NCBI GenBank assembly: GCA_976551045.1
Contig: CDPCPM010000133.1
Coordinates: 3,100,001 to 3,164,000 of the forward strand
Reading direction: 5' to 3'
DNA length: 64,000 nt
Source of the DNA: Glaucostegus cemiculus
Lineage: Eukaryota
Part shown: piece by piece, positions 51,764 to 64,000 of the stretch
How the letters are laid out: every line of letters starts with the position of its first letter
Position numbering within the stretch: position 1 is the first letter of the stretch
Notes under the pieces: generated by a model
The model's input: the letters and a program-made list of their open reading frames with translations, nothing else
What the model was told of the DNA's origin: nothing
Databases searched by the model: none
Position numbers and translations under genes: made by a program

Positions 51764-52568
51764 CTGCAAACAAGCAGAATTCCTTTAGTATACTTTTCTT
51801 CTAACTGGGAATTTTTTTTTTCCCCTAAACTAAATTTCTATAGTGCCTTTAACATGGCAAAACTTCCCATGGAGCGTCATAGCCGCATAACAGGCGATAA
51901 GTTATCCAGGACGAGACTTTAGGACCAAACATTGAGTTAAAAAGTTTTTAAGGAGCATCGTGAAGTGGAGAGGTGAGAGGTTTGCAGAGGAAGCTGCTGA
52001 TGGTGCCTTGGCAGCTGAAGGGACAAGGGCAAAGGTATAGGGGATCCAAGTGAGGCAGAAACCCCACCCCAAAGGTTTGCAACGCACCAGTTTTGCTAGA
52101 GATATTTAGTTTTATCCAATACTTGGCTCACTAGAGCTGTATTAGCCATGATCTTCAATCCTAAAATCCCCTCTGTACAATCATTTAATCTAGACCACTG
52201 TGTCCATGAGGCCAGTGAGATGCCCTGCCCCAGGTTATCCTGATTCTCAGCACAGGGCGATCAGGGAGTGCGCCATGCCACATTCAATCCACTCTAGCAA
52301 GGGAAAGGATTCCCTCCTCCTGAGCAAGGTCCTTCATGATCATTCATTTATTAGGACTGGGTGTCTTATTGCCCAGACCTAGATGCCCTGGATAGAATGA
52401 GGGTCTTACTATGCCACCTCAATGAGTGTACATGTGCTAGACTGGGGTAGGAGATTTACAGTTACAAGTCTGGTAGCTTCATGGTCACTTCTTACTGATA
52501 CCAGCCCTTATTTTCCAGATTTGTAGTTGAGGAATTTAGATGCAAGGATCTGCACTTCTCAGACCTAC

Positions 52569-52695
52569 CGCTGATATAGGGACCCAGTGGCATCTGGTTG
52601 TAGTTGATGAGGGCTCCTGTCCCTGGCCCTCGGAAGGTGGGCCCAAAGCTGTTACCGTACATCTGTGCTGCTCCATACTGACCCTGTGGGAACGG
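52569..52695 (-). CDS. CHD5: CHD5 exon ([PFPQ][38 protein letters not shown])
   Basis: Two in-frame acceptors (exon start 52695 or 52683); donor |gtaggt; [10 protein letters not shown] is CHD5-specific. Confidence 0.92.
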
Positions 52696-53214
52696 CTGCA
52701 AAACATGGTTCATTTAAACAAAAATAAACCAGGTGGTCAAACAAAGTGTGGAGCAGAGAATTCACAACTTTAACCCTCTCCTTGTCTACAGGCATCGACT
52801 AAGTGATCAGCCAGTGTCAAGGGCACTGACCATTTAGTGCTTTGGACTTTTGACTGTGGGTGGAATCTCGGTCACAAGTGACCCTGCCCTCACCCGGTGT
52901 AGACACACACACAAACACACTCACACCCTCCACAAACAGGGAGCTTTACTGTATCCAGCCTGTGTTGGATCTGCCCTGAGACTGATGGTTCATGTGGCAC
53001 CTGATGAGGGAATACCTTCTGTTAATACCTTCCTTACTAATAAGGAGAAAATTCACACCAAAGTAATGCCACAGAACACGTGTACTGAGTCCTCCTGACC
53101 CATCACAGCTAACTGGAGGAGTGAGGCTGGCCCTTTGTCACTCCGGCCCTGTGGATTCTTTGGGATGTGCAACCTAAGGGAAGCGAGAGCAGATTAAACA
53201 GTAATGCTCCCTCA

Positions 53215-53538
<324 letters not shown>

Positions 53539-55429
53539 CTATCACAGTAACAGCACACACTAGGCACAGCAACATTCTGGAGGGCAGTGACAGCAGCCAT
53601 TAGTAACAGAAGCTGCTACTAACAGCTAGCCATAGGAGGCCATCTAAACCCTTGTTCTAGATGTAGAACTCAGCTCTAATATTATGCTCAGCAACTTGCC
53701 TTTATATGGACTCATTTTTGCTGCTTTACCCTGTTAAGAACTTCAATCCTCATGTGTGCACTGGAGAAATGATAGATGTGCAGAATGAATCACAACATCA
53801 CGAACTGGCGTCTGTACACAAGTCACAGGGTTCAGTGGGGTAGTGGTTTTGTTTTTAGAGTAGTTAAGAAAACAAAAGATTGAGATATTAAATAAAAAAA
53901 CAAAACTAAGGATCTGGCATCAGTGAAAGCGACCATGAAGCTGTTAAGACACAACTGATTCCCTAATGGAAGGAACCCTGCAAACCGTGCCTAGTCCGGG
54001 CCACCATGCAACTCCAGTCTCACGTCAATGTTGGTGATTTTTAACCAACTCTGAAGTGGCGTCTCAGCTGCACTAAAACCTGTGTAGGCGAATGGTTCAA
54101 GTCAGCCACTTCTCAGGTCATTTGCTAGGCAATAAAGTCCAATCCTGGGGAGGACTTCCAAGGACAGCACTAGAACACCGCTGCTCAACCTCGCTTTACT
54201 GAACCGCAGGTGGGAGCAGGCTGCTGTTGGAAGTTAAAGGGACATAATCTCTGATTAGTGCACTGATCCTGAGCCAATCAAAGCACCAATCCCAGGTTCA
54301 GAGTCAGGCTGTTTGCTAAACTTAGCTACAATGGTAAAATCCTGGTTTTAGGGGCAATGGGGGAGGAGTGGTAACTAAACTTGATGTGCACTTCCCCCCT
54401 CCTCCCTACCCCACCCCTTCCTAAAATAAACACAAAAAATGCTGGAAAATCTGTTTGTATCTCAGATTTCCAGCATCTGCAGTTGTTTTACTAGCTTACA
54501 GTTCCACTGCACCTCCCAGACCACCACCACATTCAGTCTCTTCTGAGCAGTTTGATTCCACTGAGATTGCTGCCCTCCTACCTCAGGAGGGAGAGACACA
54601 GAAGACTCATTGAGAGAGGGAAGTATGCTGGGCAGCAGAGGTTGGTGGTAAGAGGGAAACAATAGCTGATAATTCATTGCTCTACAAACTGAGCAAGTCT
54701 AAATCACCTCTAACTGCCTCATAGTGAAATCAAGGCTTCAAATTAACAACACAACAGAGACTAGCAGCAGCAGTCATTAAGATCCTAAACAATTAAAAGC
54801 CAGGTTTACTAGTTCCACATGAATATAAACACTTCCTGCACCAGCTTCAATGGAAAGTATTGGTGCAAGAGGAAAAATTTGTAACTTCAAAACAAGTTTT
54901 ACTACAAAAATACGAAATGGGGAGTATGAGTACATATTCCCCTTAACCGTCTCCGCTCCAAGGAGGGATACCAGAGCCGTGCTCAAAATCATGAACAGCT
55001 TTGAAAAGTAAATAAATTATTTCCACTTGCAGGATGATCAGTAAGCAGAGAATTCTAATTTACTTCAAACTGGCAAAAGACCTAAAAGAGAGGAGAGTCT
55101 TTACTTAATTTATGCAGCAAGTCCTGGAATATGTTGACCTGAATGAGTAGTGGAAATCAATCCAGTAACTTGCAGAGTACAACTATGCAAATATGCACAG
55201 GGGTGTAATTTACAGGATTTCTGAAACAAATAGGGGAATAGCACAGGTATACCTGGTTAGGTAGCCACCTTCTGTGCTGTAGAGTTCTAGGGTTCTAGAT
55301 CAGCACTGTACAATCTGTGTTTTACAGAACAAGGAGAATGTTGCCTCTGTGCATTGAACAGAATAAGGAGAATATTCCTTTTGTGCAGTGTAATGAATGA
55401 GTACACTATCCCTCTAATACAATCCCATA

Positions 55430-56310
55430 TAATAGCTTGCAAGTATGTAATACCTTTAACTTAATAAAATATCCAAGTGACTCACAGGAACGTTATCAAG
55501 CAAAATCCACAAAATCCACATCAGGAGAGGTAACTGAAAGCTTGCTGAAAAAGGTAGTTTTATGGAGCATCTTTGAGAGAGTGAGAGAGTGGGAGAGTGA
55601 GTCTGGGGCAAGGACTTCCAGAGCTTGGAGGCTAAGCAGCCAAAAAGTATAATCCCCAATTGAATGCAAGAGCTCGAGAGTGCTGGAGGGCTGCGATCTC
55701 AACCTGACTCACAGCTGGGGGCGGCTAAAGAGAGGTGGGTGAGACCCAGGAATGATTTGGAAACGATGCAAATCTTAAAACTGAAGCTTTACTCGACTGA
55801 AATGGATTGGGGTTGAGTGAGCACATGGACCAGGAGGGCTGTGGGCAGAAATTCAGTCAATCTTGAGATCATGGAGATGGGAGTCTGGCCAGGAGAGGAT
55901 TTAATGGCCAATTCTAGAGACAACAAAGACTTGGATACAGGTCTCTGCGGCAGAGGTGAGGAAGAGCTGGTGATGTTACAAAGAAATGGAAGGCAATCTC
56001 CCGACACGCAGTCCAAGGATGATGAAACGACCTACGGCTGTGAACCATCCAGTGCAGCACCAGACAACAGCGAGGGAGAGGACGAGCTGTCCTGTATCAG
56101 CACACGGCCCAAATCAAAGGCAGTGGTGGGGCTGAGAGGGGTGGTGGGGAGGGGAGGTGAACCAATGTGATCATCCAGCCCCGGGGAAAGATAATGACTA
56201 TTTCTGGATGTTGTTGCTGAGTAAAAGGAAGAACCGAGGATCTGGGGTTGGTGGAGGGAGGTCAAACGTTAACTGTGCCGGAATGGGAAAAGATGCTGTC
56301 ATTGCCGATG
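55430..56310 (-). mobile_element. Degraded L2-like LINE
   Basis: Minus ORF LSPTTAFD..LSGAALD resembles L2 RT; L2-type 3' end near 55440, similar to 51835-52030. Confidence 0.5.
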
Positions 56311-56610
56311 ATTCTCACTCTGCAGTTTGATCAATAGAAGCAGAAGCAGCTGAAACCAGCAAGGTAATTTTTTTAGAGACTGGAGTCGGGTGTACCTAAC
56401 ACTGCTTCAAGGGGAGGGCTATCATGCAGGAGGATACATAACAAAAGGTACACTCTCTGTGTAGTGTACAGGGTTATATTCCCTGTGTGTCACACAGGAG
56501 TAGGTTCCCCAGGCACTGAAGTGGATAAGTATAATTTGTGTACTGTATAGTAAGGCATTATGCCTGAAATCCAGTTCTTTCAAGTGCAGAATAACTAATG
56601 CCATCCACAT

Positions 56611-56624
56611 CTGCCCCCTAGTGG
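56611..56624 (-). promoter_or_regulatory. Candidate CTCF site
   Basis: CCACTAGGGGGCAG, near-consensus core. Confidence 0.6.
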
Positions 56625-56865
56625 GCTTGGCATGCTGTACCTCGACGAGTTGAACAGTGAAACACGGAGCAGGTTGCTGATAATGGAGCAAGGCACTAAT
56701 CGCTCACATTTCCACGTCAGCCAGAAGCTCAGTGTGGTTTATCCATGCATGGTGTTAGTTCATTTACCACAGGCCTTGAAGCTCAAAACAAATCCACTTT
56801 AGCTGATTTCTTCAGTTATTGTCAGATTTCCACCATAAATCATCCCAAACAGGAATGAATTAGCT

Positions 56866-56880
56866 GCTCCCTCTGCTGGC
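56866..56880 (-). promoter_or_regulatory. Candidate CTCF site
   Basis: GCCAGCAGAGGGAGC, near-consensus core in the same orientation as the 56611 site. Confidence 0.55.
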
Positions 56881-57462
56881 GCAGCTGGTCAATGAAGACC
56901 CAGTTTTAGATACTGAGATAAACAGATGGAGGGGACCCAAGGCCCAAATATTTAGCCAGAGACGGAGGAGTCAAGCTCCCTCTGCACTGTACCATTAACA
57001 CTCCCAGAGCAGGTGCAAACATTGATCATACAATAGAGTACAGGTCCCTCCACACCAGTCACTCCCAAGGCAGCTACAACGAAGCCCCCTCTTCACTGTC
57101 TTAAAACTATGCATTAGTTTTCCCCAACTTCAACCCATCCCCCTCACTCCACTATGTAGTATTGTCTGTACCATGCAACTCGGCAGCTTTTGAAACTCGG
57201 GCTGAGATGAGCCAGGCTCAGCCTGGTTGCCAGCAGGGCAGCCCAGTGTTTTAAGATCAGTGTGATAATACACCTCTCATCCCTACTGTTTCAAGTATTT
57301 TTTATATCCAAAAATAAATTAAGATCACAATTACACCAGAGGCACTTCATTACAAAAAGCTGAATTTATTAGCAGATTCGCTAAAAAAAAGGAACAATTT
57401 TTACAAGAGATTGCGGGGCAGTGCAATGGTGCTGAAACTATCCTCTTATCTTTCAATCTCTA

Positions 57463-57771
<309 letters not shown>

Positions 57772-57835
57772 TCAATGCAAATGATGAAAGCAGTTAACCA
57801 GTCTAACAACACCCCACCCACACCCACCAGCAACC

Positions 57836-57933
57836 CACAGGCTCACCACAGGCAGTGCACTGCAAACCCACACCAGGTTAGTGACACAGGCTCACCACAG
57901 GCAGTGCACTGCAAACCCACACCAGGTTAGCGA
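57836..57933. repeat. 49-bp tandem duplication (2 copies)
   Basis: cacaggctcaccacaggcagtgcactgcaaacccacaccaggttagYga twice, 1 mismatch. Confidence 0.95.
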
Positions 57934-58690
57934 GTGAGAAATGAAGGGAAGGAAAGGATGGGTTGGGGGGTAGCAGGAGGTTGCAGACAGTGGGCACGGG
58001 ACCAGGGGTCACATGCATGGAGGGTACAGGGGCTTGCCAACTTGGACACATACCAGCAGTGCTGTGCAAGAGGGAAGCAGAAGGGTACAGGGAGCAGGTG
58101 GGACAGAGGAGCCGCACACTAAAGGTGGCAGAGGGACGGGGTGGGGATGGGAGTGGGGGAGCAGAGGGTGAGCAGAAAGAACAAACGAATGAAGATGCAT
58201 TTCTGAAGTCATCCTACACCACCACAGACTCCCCAACTGCTTTGCGAATGTAAGAACAAGGCCGCTACCTCACACAATGCAATTTCCCACAAATTGTAAC
58301 AATCCGAAACAGCCAGATAGATATCAGCCTGGACACCCAGGAACATTTCCGGCTTTTTAAGGTAGGCTATGGGATCTTTCACATTCCCCCCAGATAACGA
58401 AGGCTGGTGCTTCTGGTAGTGTTCCCACAGTGCTGCACTGAGACACCAGCTCCACATCAGCCACTCAAATCTCTGGTTTGAATCAACAAAAGCAATTGTA
58501 AAACGATTTGTTCACAGACACATGGACCTGGGATTCACGCACATGCAAAGACATGCACTTAAAAGTCAAAGTTGAGTTTATTGTCATATCCACACATACA
58601 GTCCATGTGTGCACAGGTGCAATGAAAAACTTACTTGCAGCAGCATCACAGGCACATAGAACCTAGTGCCAAGACATGCATGTAAGTGTG

Positions 58691-58716
58691 CACACACACA
58701 CACACACACACACACA
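58691..58716. repeat. (CA)n microsatellite
   Basis: About 13 perfect CA units. Confidence 0.95.
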
Positions 58717-59406
58717 AAACATGCTGCTTGTTGCCAACAGCCCCGTATTACAAGGGACTTCCCATATTTCAGTAAAAATGTTGGTAGTTTCCTACAATAT
58801 TAGAACATTCCTTTTATTAGCACTCCTCACCCAAGCACCCAGGCTGGGAAAGACCTGAGAGCCAAGATGTTGAGTTGGAGGAGGGAGCAGAGAGTGGGGA
58901 GCAGTGGTGAAGAAGCAGGGAGACCTAGGATTGTAAATGGCCTTATTCTGGTCGAGACCCCCAGTAACCTAAATGTTAAATCGGCTGTCCCAGATAACAT
59001 CAGCACAAGGCATCAGCTTCTCTGTATACATTTTTCATCCCAGCTACCTGACCTATAAAGGTTCGAGTGACTCCAGGACACTGTCAGCTGACAGACACAA
59101 AGAACTTGGATTTTGCATTCAGTGGCAAATTCCTCGGAGTCATCCACTCAGCCAGGAACTCCAGGAATCACTGACTCCTTCCCAGTGTGAAAGCAGAAGC
59201 CCGTCCACAACCTTATGTTTGAAGTACAGTGTCAGCAATAATAAACCTTGGTCATGAGTAACGAAAACCACAAAAGCAGCAGACTGTTGCAAACAAGGCA
59301 TCTGGTTCAATGCCCTTCAACAAATGGGAAGGGTCTGCAGTCTGCCCTGTAGACCCACCAATGTGCCATCTCCTTCAAGACCCCTGAAATAACCCAACAA
59401 GCAACA

Positions 59407-59652
59407 AGGTTTCAAATCCGGCCACTGTCTGTAAGGAGTTTGTACGTTCTCCCCGTGTCTGTGTGGGTTTCCTCCGGGTGCTCCGGTTTCCTCCCACATT
59501 CCAAAGACGTACAGGTTAGGAAGTTGTGAGCATGCTATGTTGGTGCCGGAAGCGTGACGACACTTGCGGGCTGCCCCCCAAAATCACTATGCAAAATATG
59601 TATTTCACTGTGTGTTTTGATATACATGTGACTAATAAAGATCTTATCTTAT
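59407..59652 (+). mobile_element. V-SINE subfamily with a different 3' tail
   Basis: V-domain present but tail ends ...catgtgactaataaagatcttatctt rather than the CR1-type tail. Confidence 0.8.
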
Positions 59653-59683
59653 AGATCAAGGAATGAGCAATAAAAGCTGTTCA

Positions 59684-60927
<1,244 letters not shown>

Positions 60928-61144
60928 TCAAAGATCGAGCCCAACTGCTGAAGTAATGAAGTTCTGTGGCTAGTCTCCGATACTACAAAACCGTTTATCT
61001 CCAAGGAAACTGATGTGCTCAGGGAGGGAGGGAATCCCACCAGCACTGACACACAGTGATAGATCAGAAGGGGAGAGAGGTCTGCTAGCACTGACCCAGG
61101 CTGACAGAGTGGGTCCCACCAGAGGCAACAAGAGGATTAATCCT

Positions 61145-61480
61145 GGAGACACAGGAGACTGCAGAAGCCGGAACAGCAAACAATCTGCTGGAGGAATTCA
61201 ACAGGGTGAATACCATCTGTGGGGAGAAAGGAATCGTCGATGTTTCAGGTCAAGTCAGCTCGGGACAGAGTGGAGGGGGATGGTAGCTGGTATAAAGACG
61301 AGAGGGGGGGAGTGGTGAGACAGGGGCCAGTAGGTGATTGGTGGATCAAGGAGGAGTGAAGGATGACGGGCAGATAGGGGAGGGAGAGGGGCCGAGGTAG
61401 GAGGCAGAGGCAGGCGGGTGTTAAGAGGAGGCAGACAAAAATAAAGGGCAGATGGAGTGAGTTGGGGGGAGGGGAGGACG
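61145..61480 (-). mobile_element. Penelope-derived terminal-repeat fragment
   Basis: actgcaga..ctgctggaggaattcaacagg..catctgtggg..tcgatgtttcaggtc followed by a purine-rich tract, homologous to 22021-22400. Confidence 0.7.
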
Positions 61481-61566
61481 AGAGAATTAATCTTGTTCCT
61501 CTCTAACATCAACGTCAATGAAGTGGGAGCAGCAGGGTTTATAGACCAGGCAGGCACGGTCGGTAC

Positions 61567-61710
61567 CTGTGAAACCTCCGTCTGCGATGTTGAACATAAA
61601 TTTTCCTTTGGCAGACTGTTCCTTCCTGCCCTCTTCCTCCTTCATGTCTTTCACTATCTCTCCATTCTGCAGACTCTCTGCAACATCTTTGTCCTCATTC
61701 ATCTCTTCAG
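61567..61710 (-). CDS. CHD5: CHD5 exon (EEMNEDKD...KGKFMFNIADGGFT)
   Basis: Minus-strand tttgaaag| and |gtaccg; FMFNIADGGFT marks the start of the CHD3/4/5 CHDCT2 region. Confidence 0.93.
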
Positions 61711-62136
61711 CTTTCAAAGAAAAGTCAGATAAATACCACACTGGGCAAGGTTCAATGATTAGAGCACAAGTGCAAGCCCACCTCAGCCCCTCCTGTCACC
61801 ACCCACCGGCAGACTGGAGGTCCACGTGACTCTGCGCTGCCCAGCTTCAGTCCCTTCCCCTCCCCCCTGGTGCCAGGGTCCGGGATCAGCAAACTCTGCA
61901 CAACAGAGCATCGAACGCAGGTCAGGCAGCACTCTCGCCTCCGAGTGGGCGGGTCACCAGTTTGCTCCACCGCAGGAACTGCGCCCACAATGCAGGCCAA
62001 CCCTCTGCGATGCTGCACCGAGGCACTGTCGTGCTGTCGAGGTTCATTCCTCCAAAGTGTGAAACCTCACAACTGCCTGTGGATCAGCTGGAAGATCACG
62101 GGTATTACTGTGGAGCATGTGAGCATCGAAATGTAA

Positions 62137-62352
62137 ACTTTAAATTTAACTTTTATTTACAGCACGGTAACAGGCCCTTTCGGCCCAACGAGTCCGCGCC
62201 ACCCATTTTAAACCCCCTACCCGTACGTCTTTCAGAATGTGGGAGGAAACCGGAGCACCCGGAGGAAACCCACGCAGACACGGGGAGAACGAACGAACTC
62301 CTTACAGTCAGCGACGGGAATCGAACCCCGATCGCTGGCGCTGTGACAGCGT
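62137..62352 (-). mobile_element. V-SINE, nearly full length
   Basis: Reverse complement of the 1932 copy; appears to sit within older DeuSINE-like remnants. Confidence 0.88.
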
Positions 62353-63424
62353 CGTTCAGGGTGCAGTCTGTGGGAGGTGCTTATCCTAAAACCAGTCATT
62401 ATATCACCACTTGTGGGATCTTGTACACTGCAGCAGTGACTGGACTTCAAATGATCTTAACCAACTGTGGGACCTCCCGAGGAGGTAAACGTGCCAAAGA
62501 GGCGAGTGTTTGAGTCGAGGTGTGGGGCTGTGGGGGAGGGGGCAGGGAGCCTCATGCCCAGTAGCATCAGACCCATCCCCGCCACGCCATTTAATCAGCA
62601 CCTTTGGGATGAGGGGGTGCAGCCTGCTCCTGCAGCTCACGCTCCCCTTTCTCCTCTGCTCCACACTCGCTCACTTGCTTCTTGCACTCCAGTTCCTGAG
62701 GCTTCTCACTGCCGGAAGCAGCTTTCCCCCCGCTGGGAATCTGTCAGGATAAAACCATTGGAGAACGTAATCAGTGCTGGTCTGGACGTTCCACTGCCCA
62801 AGCTGACCTGCCTGGCTCCTCCCCTGAAGGAGGGAACATTTCACAGGGGACGCCCCTCTCTGGGTCAGTGTTTGTAGATCCGAGACCTGGGTCTCGATCC
62901 CACTGACTGTGGGCGAAGCCGGTCAGTGTGTGTTCAGACACTGAACCCGGTGGAAGGATGGTGACTGGGGACAGAAACCCTGACAGGTTTCCCCCTCCCT
63001 GCACTAGGGTGTGGAGAGTTTCCAGACACAAACCAGCTAGAGCCAACAACGCGGACTGGGGATGGGGGATGTTAACGGGCAAATGCAAGGGAATAGGTTA
63101 CAGGGAGATAAGTGAGGAAATGGCACTGATGGGATTGCTCTGAGCCGACACAAACTCAGTGGATTGAACGGACCCCCAATGTGGAGGGAAATACAAAATT
63201 AAATGGGTTTGTGATCTTGTTGCTTTTACTATTGAAAGAACAGTTTGAGCAACAAAGGGATTCTCTCCAACAGCTGAAGGGGCAAAGTCACCAACTCCAT
63301 GGCCACATCTTAGAGGGAGGGAGTGTGCATCACCTTCAGCTTGAGCCTAAACTTCTTATAGACTCAGCTTGTTCAACGGCTGGGCATGATCTTAGTTCAA
63401 ACCAAACTTAATGCTTCTATTGAA

Positions 63425-63900
63425 ATAAAAAAACAAATGTGAGAGATACTTGGGTCAAGAAGCAGCTGTGGAGAGAAGCAGGGTTAATGTTTCAGATTAA
63501 TGACCATTCATCAGTCCACGAGCCCGACTCCAGCTTCCAATCACTTGTCAGTTTAATAATCCATCTCATCCTTGGCCTCAGTCCCCCGGAGTTTTCCAAT
63601 AAATGAGCAAACTACAGTCTCCAGACTCAACATCCTTGCAGAGTGACACTGGGGTCCTCATTTATGTCTCCTCTGGACCCATCTGGCGCTTCTTCACTCG
63701 TACGGTGATCACCCACCTGCCATGCACCATCATTAACCCACTCCTGCCCACCTCTCCAAAGCTCCCCCTTATGCCTAAAGCCTGTTTGTATTTTTAACCC
63801 TGTCGAGCTCTGGTGAAGAGTCACTGAGCCGAAACGTGAACGGTTTCTCTTTCCCAGATCTCACTGGTCTGCCAGGGTTTTCAAATTTCCAGGACTGTCT
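63425..63900. mobile_element. Degraded Penelope-derived element with terminal repeats in inverted orientation
   Basis: Minus CTGATGA..GAAAC at about 63489-63514 and plus CTGGTGA..GAAACG at 63810-63836, with a pyrimidine-rich body between. Confidence 0.6.
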
Positions 63901-64000
63901 GTTGCATTAATGCAGTGATTGGCTGACACAGTGCCTCATGTAGCCAGAGTGAAAATAGCTATCTCAGTACAAGTGTAACTGTTCCTAATAACAGTTATCA

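Noticed and set aside
57416-57437. REST/NRSE site (TTCAGCACC on the minus strand)
   Set aside because: Only the left half-site matches; the GGACAG half is absent
57836-57933. CRISPR-like repeat
   Set aside because: Two adjacent copies without spacers in a vertebrate intron
61962-62513. 183-aa ORF
   Set aside because: Reads through an antisense V-SINE; no recognisable protein motif

Overview
Vertebrate genomic DNA, almost certainly a shark or ray, judged from HE1/V-SINE-type SINEs, CR1/HER1-type LINEs and Penelope-derived repeats. The window holds the 3' parts of two convergent genes. KCNAB2 (Kv channel beta-2) is on the + strand with 9 constitutive coding exons plus a 45-nt cassette exon (801-37534). 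CHD5 is on the - strand with its last 7 coding exons (61710-51642). They are separated by about 10 kb of mostly nested LINE debris. Points of note are a U12-type intron in CHD5, a CHD3-like C-terminal SUMO-interacting motif in CHD5, the conserved KCNAB2 cassette exon, and Penelope-like elements with inverted termini and minimal hammerhead ribozyme motifs. There are also nested retroelement insertions and candidate CTCF, miRNA and Pumilio sites. I found no convincing wholly new system. Most ORFs in the supplied track are spurious or transposon-derived. Family assignments and human comparisons are from recall, not from database searches.
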